From the sequence record OZ209023.1: a stretch of DNA of 64,000 bases; one strand, 5' to 3'. This stretch comes from Escherichia phage T4. Position 1 is the first letter of the stretch. Each line of letters starts with the position of its first letter. The position numbers and the translations under genes were made by a program. Positions 47,996-64,000 of the stretch are shown here, piece by piece. The notes beneath the pieces were generated by a model, which had not been told where the DNA came from, ran no database searches, and saw only the letters and a list, made by a program, of their open reading frames with translations.

Positions 47996-49978
47996 ATGGC
48001 AAATACCCCTGTAAATTATCAATTAACAAGAACAGCAAATGCTATTCCCGAGATATTCGTCGGGGGTACATTTGCTGAAATAAAACAAAACCTCATTGAA
48101 TGGCTTAATGGCCAAAATGAATTTTTGGATTATGATTTTGAAGGCTCAAGATTAAACGTTCTGTGTGACCTTTTAGCTTATAATACATTATACATTCAGC
48201 AGTTTGGTAATGCTGCTGTGTATGAAAGCTTTATGCGTACTGCTAACTTACGAAGTTCAGTTGTTCAAGCTGCACAAGATAACGGATATTTACCTACTTC
48301 AAAATCCGCTGCGCAGACCGAAATTATGTTAACATGCACTGACGCATTGAATAGGAATTACATTACTATTCCTCGCGGAACTCGCTTTTTAGCATATGCA
48401 AAAGATACTTCTGTTAATCCATATAACTTCGTTTCTACCGAAGACGTTATTGCTATTCGTGATAAAAATAACCAATATTTTCCGCGTTTAAAATTGGCCC
48501 AGGGACGTATAGTAAGAACTGAAATCATTTATGATAAATTAACACCTATTATCATTTATGATAAAAATATTGATAGAAACCAGGTTAAATTATACGTTGA
48601 TGGAGCGGAATGGATTAACTGGACGAGAAAGTCAATGGTTCATGCTGGTTCAACATCAACGATTTACTATATGCGTGAAACTATTGATGGAAACACTGAA
48701 TTCTATTTTGGTGAAGGTGAAATTTCTGTTAATGCTTCTGAAGGAGCTTTGACCGCTAATTATATCGGAGGTCTTAAACCTACTCAGAACTCTACGATTG
48801 TTATTGAGTACATTAGTACTAATGGTGCTGACGCGAACGGAGCAGTCGGATTTTCATACGCAGATACATTAACAAATATAACTGTCATCAATATTAATGA
48901 AAATCCAAACGATGATCCAGATTTTGTTGGGGCAGATGGAGGCGGTGATCCAGAAGATATTGAGCGTATTCGCGAATTGGGTACTATTAAACGCGAAACC
49001 CAACAACGATGCGTAACTGCGACTGACTATGATACATTCGTTTCAGAGAGATTTGGTTCTATTATTCAAGCTGTTCAGACTTTCACTGATTCTACTAAAC
49101 CTGGGTATGCATTTATTGCTGCTAAACCTAAATCAGGATTGTATTTAACTACCGTACAGCGTGAAGATATTAAAAATTATCTCAAAGACTATAATTTAGC
49201 TCCTATTACGCCATCAATTATTTCTCCTAATTATCTTTTTATTAAGACTAATTTAAAAGTCACATATGCTTTAAATAAACTGCAAGAATCCGAACAGTGG
49301 CTTGAAGGTCAAATAATTGATAAAATTGATCGCTATTATACCGAAGATGTAGAAATTTTTAACTCGTCTTTCGCTAAATCTAAGATGTTGACATATGTAG
49401 ATGATGCAGATCATTCTGTCATTGGTTCATCAGCGACTATTCAAATGGTTCGTGAAGTACAAAACTTCTATAAAACGCCTGAAGCGGGTATTAAATACAA
49501 TAATCAAATAAAAGATCGTTCTATGGAATCTAATACGTTTTCATTTAATTCTGGACGAAAGGTTGTAAATCCTGATACTGGTTTAGAAGAAGATGTATTA
49601 TATGACGTTCGTATAGTATCAACAGACCGAGATTCTAAAGGAATTGGTAAAGTTATTATTGGTCCATTTGCTTCTGGCGATGTTACAGAAAATGAAAACA
49701 TTCAGCCGTATACAGGCAACGATTTTAACAAATTAGCAAATTCTGATGGACGCGACAAATACTATGTTATCGGTGAAATAAATTATCCAGCTGATGTGAT
49801 TTATTGGAATATCGCTAAAATTAATTTAACATCTGAAAAATTTGAAGTTCAGACCATTGAATTATATTCTGACCCAACCGATGATGTTATCTTTACTCGC
49901 GATGGTTCACTGATTGTATTTGAAAATGACTTACGTCCACAATACTTAACTATCGATTTGGAGCCTATATCACAATGA
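47996..49978 (+). CDS. 6: Baseplate wedge protein gp6
   Basis: 660-aa ORF. Confidence 0.9.
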   Translation: MANTPVNYQLTRTANAIPEIFVGGTFAEIKQNLIEWLNGQNEFLDYDFEGSRLNVLCDLLAYNTLYIQQFGNAAVYESFMRTANLRSSVVQAAQDNGYLPTSKSAAQTEIMLTCTDALNRNYITIPRGTRFLAYAKDTSVNPYNFVSTEDVIAIRDKNNQYFPRLKLAQGRIVRTEIIYDKLTPIIIYDKNIDRNQVKLYVDGAEWINWTRKSMVHAGSTSTIYYMRETIDGNTEFYFGEGEISVNASEGALTANYIGGLKPTQNSTIVIEYISTNGADANGAVGFSYADTLTNITVININENPNDDPDFVGADGGGDPEDIERIRELGTIKRETQQRCVTATDYDTFVSERFGSIIQAVQTFTDSTKPGYAFIAAKPKSGLYLTTVQREDIKNYLKDYNLAPITPSIISPNYLFIKTNLKVTYALNKLQESEQWLEGQIIDKIDRYYTEDVEIFNSSFAKSKMLTYVDDADHSVIGSSATIQMVREVQNFYKTPEAGIKYNNQIKDRSMESNTFSFNSGRKVVNPDTGLEEDVLYDVRIVSTDRDSKGIGKVIIGPFASGDVTENENIQPYTGNDFNKLANSDGRDKYYVIGEINYPADVIYWNIAKINLTSEKFEVQTIELYSDPTDDVIFTRDGSLIVFENDLRPQYLTIDLEPISQ

Positions 49979-52900
49979 CAGTAAAAGCACCTTCAGTCAC
50001 TAGTCTCAGAATTTCCAAGTTATCCGCAAATCAGGTGCAAGTACGCTGGGATGACGTTGGTGCTAATTTCTACTATTTTGTAGAAATCGCTGAGACAAAA
50101 ACAAACTCGGGGGAAAATCTCCCGAGTAATCAATATCGTTGGATTAATTTAGGATATACAGCAAATAATAGTTTCTTTTTTGATGATGCTGATCCATTAA
50201 CAACATACATTATTAGAGTAGCCACAGCTGCGCAAGATTTTGAGCAGTCTGATTGGATTTATACCGAAGAGTTTGAAACTTTTGCTACAAATGCTTATAC
50301 ATTTCAAAACATGATTGAAATGCAATTAGCCAATAAATTCATTCAGGAAAAATTTACTCTTAATAATTCTGATTATGTTAATTTTAATAATGATACTATA
50401 ATGGCTGCATTGATGAATGAATCATTCCAATTCAGCCCATCGTATGTTGATGTTTCATCAATAAGTAATTTTATTATTGGTGAAAATGAGTATCATGAAA
50501 TACAAGGTTCTATTCAGCAAGTATGTAAGGATATTAACCGAGTTTATTTGATGGAATCAGAAGGAATTCTATATCTTTTTGAGCGCTATCAACCTGTAGT
50601 TAAAGTATCCAATGATAAAGGACAAACCTGGAAAGCTGTAAAGCTCTTCAATGACCGTGTAGGATATCCTTTATCTAAGACAGTATATTACCAATCTGCG
50701 AACACAACATACGTTCTAGGATACGACAAGATTTTCTATGGCCGCAAATCTACTGATGTTAGATGGTCAGCCGATGATGTCAGATTTAGTTCTCAGGATA
50801 TAACATTTGCTAAACTTGGCGACCAATTACATCTAGGATTTGATGTAGAAATTTTTGCCACTTACGCGACTTTACCAGCGAATGTATACCGCATTGCAGA
50901 AGCTATTACTTGCACCGATGATTACATTTACGTTGTCGCCAGAGACAAAGTTAGATACATAAAAACGAGTAATGCACCTATAGATTCTGATCCATTATCT
51001 CCAACATATTCGGAAAGACTTTTTGAACCTGATACCATGACTATAACCGGAAATCCTAAAGCAGTATGCTATAAAATGGATTCTATCTGTGATAAAGTTT
51101 TTGCTCTTATTATTGGTGAAGTTGAAACATTAAATGCTAATCCTAGAACATCAAAAATAATTGATTCCGCTGATAAAGGAATATATGTTTTAAATCATGA
51201 CGAAAAAACATGGAAAAGAGTTTTTGGTAATACCGAAGAAGAAAGAAGACGTATTCAACCCGGATATGCGAATATGTCAACTGACGGTAAATTAGTTTCT
51301 CTGTCTTCGAGTAATTTTAAATTTTTAAGTGATAATGTTGTTAATGACCCTGAAACTGCAGCAAAATATCAGTTAATTGGCGCTGTTAAATATGAATTTC
51401 CTCGTGAATGGTTAGCTGATAAGCATTATCATATGATGGCATTTATAGCGGATGAAACATCTGATTGGGAGACTTTTACTCCTCAACCAATGAAATACTA
51501 CGCAGAACCATTCTTTAACTGGTCTAAAAAATCTAACACACGTTGTTGGATAAACAACTCTGATAGAGCTGTGGTAGTTTATGCTGATTTAAAATACACT
51601 AAAGTTATAGAAAATATTCCGGAAACATCACCAGATAGATTAGTTCATGAATACTGGGATGATGGTGATTGCACTATAGTAATGCCAAATGTCAAATTCA
51701 CTGGATTTAAAAAATACGCATCAGGAATGCTTTTCTATAAAGCCTCCGGTGAAATAATTTCTTACTATGATTTTAACTATCGTGTGAGAGATACAGTAGA
51801 AATTATTTGGAAGCCAACTGAAGTATTTTTAAAAGCATTTTTACAAAACCAAGAGCATGAGACTCCTTGGTCACCAGAAGAAGAGCGTGGATTAGCTGAC
51901 CCTGATTTAAGACCATTAATTGGCACAATGATGCCTGATTCTTATTTGTTACAGGATTCGAATTTTGAGGCATTTTGCGAAGCATATATTCAGTATCTTT
52001 CTGATGGATATGGAACTCAATACAATAATTTACGAAATTTAATTCGTAACCAATATCCACGAGAAGAGCACGCATGGGAATATTTGTGGTCAGAGATATA
52101 TAAAAGAAACATTTATTTAAATGCTGATAAACGCGATGCTGTTGCGAGATTCTTTGAATCACGTAGCTATGATTTTTATTCTACTAAAGGAATTGAAGCA
52201 TCATACAAGTTTCTTTTTAAAGTTCTTTATAATGAAGAAGTTGAAATTGAAATTGAATCTGGGGCTGGTACTGAATATGATATAATCGTTCAATCTGATT
52301 CTTTGACTGAAGATTTAGTAGGACAAACGATTTATACGGCAACAGGAAGATGTAATGTTACTTATATAGAAAGAAGCTATTCTAATGGTAAATTGCAATG
52401 GACCGTAACTATTCATAATCTTTTGGGACGATTAATTGCTGGTCAAGAAGTTAAAGCAGAAAGACTCCCTAGTTTTGAAGGCGAAATTATTCGTGGGGTT
52501 AAAGGAAAGGATTTGCTTCAAAACAATATAGACTATATTAATAGAAGTAGATCATACTATGTAATGAAAATTAAATCCAATTTACCTTCTTCCCGCTGGA
52601 AATCTGACGTTATTCGTTTTGTTCATCCAGTAGGATTTGGATTTATAGCAATTACCCTTTTAACAATGTTTATTAATGTTGGTTTAACTCTTAAACATAC
52701 AGAGACTATAATTAATAAATACAAAAACTATAAATGGGATTCTGGATTGCCTACTGAATATGCCGACAGAATAGCTAAATTAACTCCAACCGGTGAAATT
52801 GAGCATGATTCAGTAACAGGCGAAGCAATTTATGAGCCTGGCCCAATGGCTGGTGTAAAATATCCTCTTCCTGATGACTATAATGCTGAAAATAATAATT

Positions 52901-53073
52901 CAATATTTCAAGGTCAATTGCCGTCTGAACGACGTAAATTAATGAGTCCTTTATTTGATGCATCTGGAACAACATTTGCGCAATTTAGAGATTTAGTTAA
53001 TAAACGTCTAAAAGATAATATAGGAAATCCAAGAGACCCTGAAAATCCAACACAGGTTAAAATAGATGAATGA
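49975..53073 (+). CDS. 7: Baseplate wedge protein gp7
   Basis: 1032-aa ORF. Confidence 0.9.
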   Translation: MTVKAPSVTSLRISKLSANQVQVRWDDVGANFYYFVEIAETKTNSGENLPSNQYRWINLGYTANNSFFFDDADPLTTYIIRVATAAQDFEQSDWIYTEEFETFATNAYTFQNMIEMQLANKFIQEKFTLNNSDYVNFNNDTIMAALMNESFQFSPSYVDVSSISNFIIGENEYHEIQGSIQQVCKDINRVYLMESEGILYLFERYQPVVKVSNDKGQTWKAVKLFNDRVGYPLSKTVYYQSANTTYVLGYDKIFYGRKSTDVRWSADDVRFSSQDITFAKLGDQLHLGFDVEIFATYATLPANVYRIAEAITCTDDYIYVVARDKVRYIKTSNAPIDSDPLSPTYSERLFEPDTMTITGNPKAVCYKMDSICDKVFALIIGEVETLNANPRTSKIIDSADKGIYVLNHDEKTWKRVFGNTEEERRRIQPGYANMSTDGKLVSLSSSNFKFLSDNVVNDPETAAKYQLIGAVKYEFPREWLADKHYHMMAFIADETSDWETFTPQPMKYYAEPFFNWSKKSNTRCWINNSDRAVVVYADLKYTKVIENIPETSPDRLVHEYWDDGDCTIVMPNVKFTGFKKYASGMLFYKASGEIISYYDFNYRVRDTVEIIWKPTEVFLKAFLQNQEHETPWSPEEERGLADPDLRPLIGTMMPDSYLLQDSNFEAFCEAYIQYLSDGYGTQYNNLRNLIRNQYPREEHAWEYLWSEIYKRNIYLNADKRDAVARFFESRSYDFYSTKGIEASYKFLFKVLYNEEVEIEIESGAGTEYDIIVQSDSLTEDLVGQTIYTATGRCNVTYIERSYSNGKLQWTVTIHNLLGRLIAGQEVKAERLPSFEGEIIRGVKGKDLLQNNIDYINRSRSYYVMKIKSNLPSSRWKSDVIRFVHPVGFGFIAITLLTMFINVGLTLKHTETIINKYKNYKWDSGLPTEYADRIAKLTPTGEIEHDSVTGEAIYEPGPMAGVKYPLPDDYNAENNNSIFQGQLPSERRKLMSPLFDASGTTFAQFRDLVNKRLKDNIGNPRDPENPTQVKIDE

Positions 53074-54070
53074 TTCAAGTGTTATCTATCGTGCGATAGT
53101 TACTTCAAAATTTAGAACAGAAAAAATGTTGAATTTTTATAATTCAATTGGAAGTGGTCCGGATAAAAACACTATCTTTATCACATTTGGAAGATCAGAA
53201 CCGTGGTCATCAAATGAAAATGAGGTGGGCTTTGCCCCACCTTATCCAACCGATTCTGTATTAGGCGTAACTGACATGTGGACGCATATGATGGGAACAG
53301 TAAAAGTTCTTCCATCAATGCTTGATGCTGTTATTCCTCGCAGAGATTGGGGAGATACTAGATATCCGGATCCATACACATTTAGAATTAACGATATTGT
53401 AGTGTGTAACTCAGCTCCTTACAACGCTACTGAATCAGGCGCTGGTTGGTTAGTGTATCGTTGTTTAGATGTTCCTGATACCGGAATGTGTTCAATAGCA
53501 TCTTTAACTGATAAAGATGAATGCCTTAAGTTAGGTGGAAAATGGACTCCTTCTGCTAGGTCAATGACTCCGCCTGAAGGTCGAGGAGATGCTGAAGGAA
53601 CAATTGAACCCGGAGACGGGTATGTGTGGGAATATCTATTTGAGATTCCGCCTGATGTATCTATAAATAGATGCACGAATGAATATATCGTGGTTCCTTG
53701 GCCTGAGGAATTAAAAGAAGACCCGACTAGATGGGGATATGAAGATAATCTCACTTGGCAACAAGATGATTTTGGATTAATTTACCGTGTTAAGGCAAAT
53801 ACTATCCGTTTTAAAGCATATTTAGATTCAGTTTATTTTCCTGAAGCTGCATTGCCAGGAAATAAAGGATTTAGACAAATATCAATAATCACGAATCCTC
53901 TTGAAGCTAAAGCTCATCCAAATGACCCAAACGTTAAAGCTGAAAAGGATTATTATGACCCAGAAGATTTAATGAGGCATTCGGGTGAAATGATTTATAT
54001 GGAAAATAGGCCACCTATTATTATGGCAATGGATCAAACAGAAGAAATCAATATTCTGTTTACATTTTAA
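53066..54070 (+). CDS. 8: Baseplate wedge protein gp8
   Basis: 334-aa ORF. Confidence 0.9.
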   Translation: MNDSSVIYRAIVTSKFRTEKMLNFYNSIGSGPDKNTIFITFGRSEPWSSNENEVGFAPPYPTDSVLGVTDMWTHMMGTVKVLPSMLDAVIPRRDWGDTRYPDPYTFRINDIVVCNSAPYNATESGAGWLVYRCLDVPDTGMCSIASLTDKDECLKLGGKWTPSARSMTPPEGRGDAEGTIEPGDGYVWEYLFEIPPDVSINRCTNEYIVVPWPEELKEDPTRWGYEDNLTWQQDDFGLIYRVKANTIRFKAYLDSVYFPEAALPGNKGFRQISIITNPLEAKAHPNDPNVKAEKDYYDPEDLMRHSGEMIYMENRPPIIMAMDQTEEINILFTF

Positions 54071-54075
54071 ATTAA

Positions 54076-54099
54076 GGGAGCCCATGGGCTCCCTTTTTC
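54076..54099 (+). terminator. Intrinsic terminator after gene 8
   Basis: gggagccc-at-gggctccc followed by TTTTT. Confidence 0.7.
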
Positions 54100-54101
54100 T
54101 T

Positions 54102-54109
54102 TATAAATA
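54102..54109 (+). promoter_or_regulatory. Late promoter (TATAAATA) upstream of gene 9
   Basis: Exact TATAAATA 25 nt upstream of the gene 9 ATG. Confidence 0.65.
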
Positions 54110-54133
54110 CTATAAACTCATAAGGAAACCGCT

Positions 54134-55000
54134 ATGTTCATTCAAGAACCAAAGAAATTGATTGATACCGGCGAAATTGGTAACGCTTCTACTGGTGATA
54201 TCTTATTCGACGGTGGTAATAAAATTAATAGTGATTTTAACGCAATTTATAATGCGTTTGGCGATCAGCGTAAAATGGCAGTAGCAAATGGCACTGGAGC
54301 AGATGGTCAAATTATCCATGCTACTGGATATTATCAAAAACACTCTATTACAGAGTACGCAACTCCAGTGAAAGTTGGCACTAGACATGATATTGATACC
54401 TCTACTGTAGGTGTTAAAGTTATCATTGAAAGAGGCGAACTCGGCGATTGTGTTGAATTCATTAACTCTAATGGATCAATATCAGTTACTAATCCTTTGA
54501 CAATTCAAGCTATTGATTCAATTAAAGGTGTTTCAGGTAATTTAGTAGTAACTAGCCCATATAGTAAAGTTACTTTACGCTGTATTTCATCTGATAATTC
54601 TACGTCGGTTTGGAATTATTCTATTGAAAGTATGTTTGGACAAAAGGAATCACCAGCTGAAGGTACATGGAATATTTCTACATCTGGATCAGTTGACATT
54701 CCATTATTTCATCGTACTGAATACAATATGGCTAAATTGCTAGTTACGTGCCAATCGGTAGATGGAAGAAAAATTAAAACAGCAGAAATAAATATTCTTG
54801 TGGATACTGTTAATTCAGAGGTAATTTCTTCTGAATATGCTGTCATGCGAGTTGGGAATGAAACCGAAGAAGACGAAATCGCTAATATTGCATTTAGTAT
54901 TAAAGAAAATTATGTAACGGCGACTATAAGTTCTTCAACTGTCGGTATGAGAGCAGCAGTTAAAGTTATCGCTACGCAGAAAATCGGGGTGGCTCAATAA
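54134..55000 (+). CDS. 9: Baseplate protein gp9 (long tail fiber socket)
   Basis: 288-aa ORF. Confidence 0.9.
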   Translation: MFIQEPKKLIDTGEIGNASTGDILFDGGNKINSDFNAIYNAFGDQRKMAVANGTGADGQIIHATGYYQKHSITEYATPVKVGTRHDIDTSTVGVKVIIERGELGDCVEFINSNGSISVTNPLTIQAIDSIKGVSGNLVVTSPYSKVTLRCISSDNSTSVWNYSIESMFGQKESPAEGTWNISTSGSVDIPLFHRTEYNMAKLLVTCQSVDGRKIKTAEINILVDTVNSEVISSEYAVMRVGNETEEDEIANIAFSIKENYVTATISSSTVGMRAAVKVIATQKIGVAQ

Positions 55001-56808
55001 TGAAACAAAATATTAATATCGGTAATGTTGTAGATGATGGTACCGGTGACTACCTGCGTAAAGGTGGTATAAAAATAAATGAAAACTTTGATGAGCTTTA
55101 TTATGAACTCGGTGATGGTGATGTTCCATATTCAGCCGGTGCCTGGAAAACTTATAATGCTTCATCAGGACAAACATTAACAGCAGAATGGGGAAAATCA
55201 TACGCTATTAATACATCTTCTGGAAGAGTGACTATAAATCTTCCAAAGGGTACAGTTAATGATTACAACAAGGTAATTAGAGCTAGAGACGTATTTGCTA
55301 CATGGAACGTCAACCCAGTTACACTAGTAGCTGCTTCCGGCGATACGATTAAAGGGTCTGCAGTACCAGTTGAAATTAATGTTCAATTCAGCGATTTAGA
55401 ACTAGTGTATTGTGCCCCAGGACGTTGGGAATATGTCAAAAATAAACAAATTGACAAAATTACCAGTTCAGACATTAGTAATGTAGCTCGCAAAGAATTT
55501 TTAGTTGAAGTTCAAGGACAAACAGACTTTTTAGATGTTTTCCGTGGAACTAGTTATAATGTAAATAACATCAGAGTAAAACATCGTGGTAACGAATTGT
55601 ATTACGGCGATGTGTTTAGCGAAAACAGCGATTTTGGCTCTCCAGGCGAAAATGAAGGAGAACTGGTTCCTCTTGATGGATTTAACATTCGATTAAGACA
55701 GCCTTGTAATATTGGTGACACTGTTCAAATTGAAACATTTATGGATGGTGTATCACAGTGGAGAAGTTCATATACAAGACGTCAAATTAGATTGTTAGAT
55801 TCAAAATTAACGTCAAAAACTTCTTTAGAAGGAAGCATTTACGTTACTGATTTATCAACAATGAAATCAATTCCATTTTCTGCTTTTGGATTAATTCCAG
55901 GAGAACCTATTAATCCTAACTCTCTTGAGGTTCGTTTTAACGGGATTTTACAGGAATTGGCTGGCACAGTTGGAATGCCATTATTTCATTGTGTTGGTGC
56001 CGATTCAGACGATGAAGTAGAATGCTCTGTTTTAGGTGGAACTTGGGAACAATCTCATACCGATTATTCAGTTGAAACTGATGAAAACGGCATACCAGAA
56101 ATTTTACATTTCGATAGAGTATTTGAGCATGGTGACATTATCAATATCACCTGGTTTAATAATGATTTGGGTACATTATTAACAAAAGATGAGATTATTG
56201 ATGAAACTGATAATCTCTATGTATCGCAAGGACCTGGAGTAGATATTTCTGGTGATGTAAATTTAACAGACTTCGATAAAATTGGTTGGCCAAATGTAGA
56301 AGCAGTTCAATCTTATCAACGCGAATTTAATGCTGTTTCAAATATCTTTGATACGATTTATCCTATTGGAACTATATATGAAAACGCTGTTAATCCAAAT
56401 AACCCTGTTACATATATGGGATTCGGCTCATGGAAATTATTTGGGCAAGGAAAAGTTTTAGTTGGATGGAATGAAGATATTTCGGACCCTAACTTTGCTC
56501 TAAATAACAACGATTTAGATTCGGGTGGAAATCCTTCACATACCGCAGGTGGAACAGGTGGTTCTACTTCTGTTACATTGGAAAATGCTAATCTTCCTGC
56601 AACTGAAACAGATGAAGAAGTTCTAATAGTTGATGAAAATGGATCAGTCATTGTTGGTGGGTGTCAATACGATCCAGATGAATCCGGTCCAATTTACACT
56701 AAATACCGTGAAGCTAAAGCATCTACTAACTCTACTCACACTCCGCCAACATCAATAACTAACATTCAACCATATATTACAGTTTATCGTTGGATAAGGA
56801 TTGCATAA
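55000..56808 (+). CDS. 10: Baseplate protein gp10
   Basis: 602-aa ORF; TAATG overlap with gene 11. Confidence 0.9.
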
Positions 56809-57467
56809 TGAGTTTACTTAATAATAAAGCGGGAGTTATTTCCCGCTTAGCCGATTTTCTTGGTTTTAGACCTAAAACTGGCGACATTGATGTAATGAAT
56901 CGTCAATCAGTCGGGTCAGTGACAATATCTCAATTAGCGAAAGGATTTTATGAACCAAACATAGAATCAGCTATTAATGACGTTCATAATTTTTCTATAA
57001 AAGACGTTGGCACAATTATTACTAATAAAACTGGTGTTTCTCCTGAGGGTGTTTCTCAAACTGATTATTGGGCATTTTCTGGAACTGTAACAGACGATTC
57101 TCTTCCTCCGGGTTCTCCTATTACGGTATTAGTATTTGGTCTTCCAGTTTCAGCAACAACTGGAATGACGGCAATTGAGTTTGTTGCAAAAGTTCGCGTT
57201 GCACTACAAGAAGCTATTGCGTCATTTACTGCTATCAATTCATATAAAGACCATCCAACTGATGGTAGTAAATTAGAAGTTACTTATTTAGATAATCAAA
57301 AACATGTATTAAGCACATATTCTACATATGGAATAACTATTTCCCAAGAAATTATATCTGAGTCTAAGCCTGGCTATGGTACATGGAATTTATTGGGCGC
57401 ACAAACTGTAACTTTAGATAATCAGCAGACTCCTACAGTATTTTATCATTTTGAGAGAACAGCATGA
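56808..57467 (+). CDS. 11: Baseplate protein gp11
   Basis: 219 aa from the ATG at 56808 ([17 protein letters not shown]); the track ORF has a 6-aa upstream extension. Confidence 0.9.
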
Positions 57468-59047
57468 GTAATAATACATATCAACACGTTTCTAATGAAT
57501 CTCGTTATGTAAAATTTGATCCTACCGATACGAATTTTCCACCGGAGATTACTGATGTTCAGGCTGCTATAGCAGCCATTTCTCCTGCTGGAGTAAATGG
57601 AGTTCCTGATGCATCGTCAACAACAAAGGGAATTCTATTTCTTGCCACTGAACAGGAAGTTATAGATGGAACTAATAATACCAAAGCAGTTACACCAGCA
57701 ACGTTGGCAACAAGATTATCTTATCCAAATGCAACTGAAACTGTTTACGGATTAACAAGATATTCAACCAATGATGAAGCCATTGCCGGAGTTAATAATG
57801 AATCTTCTATAACTCCAGCTAAATTTACTGTCGCCCTTAATAATGCGTTTGAAACGCGAGTTTCAACTGAATCCTCAAATGGTGTTATTAAAATTTCATC
57901 TCTACCGCAAGCATTAGCTGGTGCAGATGATACTACTGCAATGACTCCATTAAAAACACAGCAGTTAGCTATTAAATTAATTGCGCAAATTGCTCCTTCT
58001 GAAACCACAGCTACCGAATCGGACCAAGGTGTTGTTCAATTAGCAACAGTAGCGCAGGTTCGTCAGGGAACTTTAAGAGAAGGCTATGCAATTTCTCCTT
58101 ATACGTTTATGAATTCATCTGCTACTGAAGAATATAAAGGCGTAATTAAATTAGGAACACAATCAGAAGTTAACTCGAATAATGCTTCTGTTGCGGTTAC
58201 TGGCGCAACTCTTAATGGTCGTGGTTCTACGACGTCAATGAGAGGCGTAGTTAAATTAACTACAACCGCCGGTTCACAGAGTGGAGGCGATGCTTCATCA
58301 GCCTTAGCTTGGAATGCTGACGTTATCCACCAAAGAGGTGGTCAAATTATCTATGGAACACTCCGCATTGAAGACACATTTACAATAGCTAATGGTGGAG
58401 CAAATATTACGGGTACCGTCAGAATGACTGGCGGTTATATTCAAGGTAACCGCATCGTAACACAAAATGAAATTGATAGAACTATTCCTGTCGGAGCTAT
58501 TATGATGTGGGCCGCTGATAGTCTTCCTAGTGATGCTTGGCGCTTCTGCCATGGTGGAACTGTTTCAGCGTCAGATTGTCCATTATATGCTTCTAGAATT
58601 GGAACAAGATATGGCGGAAACCCATCAAATCCTGGATTGCCTGACATGCGTGGTCTTTTTGTTCGTGGTTCTGGTCGTGGTTCTCACTTAACAAATCCAA
58701 ATGTTAATGGTAATGACCAATTTGGTAAACCTAGATTAGGTGTAGGTTGTACCGGTGGATATGTTGGTGAAGTACAGAAACAACAGATGTCTTATCATAA
58801 ACATGCTGGCGGATTTGGTGAGCATGATGATTCTGGGGCATTCGGTAATACCCGTAGATCAAATTTTGTTGGTACACGTAAAGGACTTGACTGGGATAAC
58901 CGTTCATACTTCACCAATGACGGATATGAAATTGACCCAGAATCACAACGAAATTCCAAATATACATTAAATCGTCCTGAATTAATTGGAAATGAAACAC
59001 GTCCATGGAACATTTCTTTAAACTACATAATTAAGGTAAAAGAATGA
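57464..59047 (+). CDS. 12: Short tail fiber protein gp12
   Basis: 527-aa ORF. Confidence 0.9.
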
Positions 59048-60507
59048 CAGATATTGTACTGAATGACTTACCATTCGTTGACGGCCCTCCTGCAGAGGGC
59101 CAGAGCCGCATTTCCTGGATTAAAAACGGCGAAGAAATATTAGGAGCTGACACACAGTATGGAAGTGAAGGCTCAATGAATAGACCTACGGTTTCTGTAC
59201 TAAGAAATGTTGAAGTTCTTGATAAAAACATTGGAATACTTAAAACATCTTTAGAAACCGCAAATAGTGATATTAAAACAATTCAGGGCATCTTAGATGT
59301 ATCTGGTGATATTGAAGCTTTGGCCCAAATAGGTATCAATAAAAAGGATATTTCTGACCTCAAAACGCTAACCAGTGAACACACAGAAATATTAAATGGA
59401 ACTAATAATACGGTTGACAGTATTCTTGCCGATATTGGTCCATTTAACGCCGAGGCCAACTCTGTATACAGAACGATCAGAAATGATTTACTGTGGATAA
59501 AGCGTGAACTTGGACAATACACTGGTCAAGATATTAATGGTCTTCCTGTTGTAGGAAATCCTAGTAGTGGAATGAAGCATCGCATTATTAATAATACTGA
59601 TGTCATCACTTCGCAGGGAATACGTTTAAGCGAATTAGAAACAAAATTTATTGAATCTGATGTAGGTTCTTTGACCATTGAAGTTGGTAATCTTCGTGAA
59701 GAGCTTGGACCGAAACCACCATCATTTTCACAGAACGTTTATAGTCGTTTAAATGAAATTGACACTAAACAGACAGCAGTTGAGTCTGACATTAGTGCTA
59801 TTAAGACCTCAATAGGATATCCAGGAAATAATTCGATTATCACGAGTGTTAATACAAACACTGATAATATTGCATCTATTAATTTAGAGCTAAATCAAAG
59901 TGGAGGTATTAAACAGCGTTTAACCGTTATTGAAACTTCCATTGGTTCAGATGATATTCCTTCGAGTATTAAAGGTCAAATCAAAGATAATACAACTTCA
60001 ATCGAATCTCTAAATGGAATCGTCGGTGAAAACACTTCATCTGGCTTAAGAGCGAATGTTTCATGGTTAAACCAAATTGTTGGAACTGATTCTAGCGGTG
60101 GACAACCTTCTCCTCCTGGGTCTCTTTTAAACCGAGTTTCTACAATTGAAACTTCTGTTTCAGGCTTGAATAACGATGTTCAAAACCTACAAGTAGAGAT
60201 TGGTAATAACAGCACAGGAATTAAAGGGCAAGTTGTAGCGTTAAATACTTTAGTAAATGGAACTAATCCAAACGGTTCAACTGTTGAAGAGCGCGGATTA
60301 ACCAATTCAATAAAAGCTAACGAAACTAACATTGCATCAGTTACACAAGAAGTGAATACAGCTAAAGGCAATATATCTTCTTTACAAGGTGATGTTCAAG
60401 CTCTCCAAGAAGCCGGTTATATTCCTGAAGCTCCAAGAGATGGGCAAGCTTACGTTCGTAAAGATGGCGAATGGGTATTGCTTTCTACCTTTTTATCACC
60501 AGCATAA
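59044..60507 (+). CDS. wac: Fibritin (whisker antigen control, Wac)
   Basis: 487 aa; long coiled coil and C-terminal foldon [27 protein letters not shown]. Confidence 0.95.
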   Translation: MTDIVLNDLPFVDGPPAEGQSRISWIKNGEEILGADTQYGSEGSMNRPTVSVLRNVEVLDKNIGILKTSLETANSDIKTIQGILDVSGDIEALAQIGINKKDISDLKTLTSEHTEILNGTNNTVDSILADIGPFNAEANSVYRTIRNDLLWIKRELGQYTGQDINGLPVVGNPSSGMKHRIINNTDVITSQGIRLSELETKFIESDVGSLTIEVGNLREELGPKPPSFSQNVYSRLNEIDTKQTAVESDISAIKTSIGYPGNNSIITSVNTNTDNIASINLELNQSGGIKQRLTVIETSIGSDDIPSSIKGQIKDNTTSIESLNGIVGENTSSGLRANVSWLNQIVGTDSSGGQPSPPGSLLNRVSTIETSVSGLNNDVQNLQVEIGNNSTGIKGQVVALNTLVNGTNPNGSTVEERGLTNSIKANETNIASVTQEVNTAKGNISSLQGDVQALQEAGYIPEAPRDGQAYVRKDGEWVLLSTFLSPA

Positions 60508-60510
60508 CAT

Positions 60511-60526
60511 GGGGCCGCAAGGCCCC
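60511..60526 (+). other. GNRA-capped stem-loop after wac (weak terminator or RNA-stability hairpin)
   Basis: ggggcc-gcaa-ggcccc; no strong T-tract. Confidence 0.45.
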
Positions 60527-60538
60527 AAAGGATTTTAA

Positions 60539-62240
<1,702 letters not shown>

Positions 62241-62281
62241 TAAATATTATAAACTAATTAAAGCCCGGATTAGGAGAAGTC

Positions 62282-64000
<1,719 letters not shown>

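Noticed and set aside
45124-58970. Minus- and plus-strand track ORFs nested in the late genes (e.g. 45124-45333, 51803-52162, 53419-53754, 57745-58008, 58304-58647, 58755-58970)
   Set aside because: They are embedded in long, well-supported structural genes in other frames or on the opposite strand.

Overview
This window reads as a Tequatrovirus (T4-type) genome segment running from gene 45 to the start of gene 17. Positions 1-44251 are a dense minus-strand block of early and middle genes: the 45/46/47 replication-recombination genes, gene 55, the anaerobic ribonucleotide reductase cluster (nrdH, nrdG, intron-split nrdD carrying I-TevII), gene 49, pin, nrdC with eleven downstream ORFs, rI, tk, vs, regB, denV, internal proteins ipII/ipIII/ipI, lysozyme e, nudE, eight tRNAs plus tRNA-like stable RNAs, segB, 57B/57A and genes 1, 3, 2, 4. 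Positions 44299-64000 are the plus-strand late block: baseplate genes 53, 5, 5.1, 5.4, 6-12, wac, 13-16 and the start of 17. Gene names are assigned from my recollection of T4 protein sequences, lengths and gene order; no database search was run. The most notable observation is that alpha-glucosyltransferase (a-gt) is reduced to a 43-codon in-frame remnant between 47.1 and the HNH gene. Other points worth a second look are six homing-endonuclease genes, one of which (between nrdD and nrdG) is flanked by a duplicated copy of the nrdG start; long inverted repeats that bracket the -10 element of several early promoters; a macro-domain ORF; an AAA+ ATPase next to a nucleotidyltransferase-fold ORF; and several small paralogous gene families. 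No CRISPR array was found.
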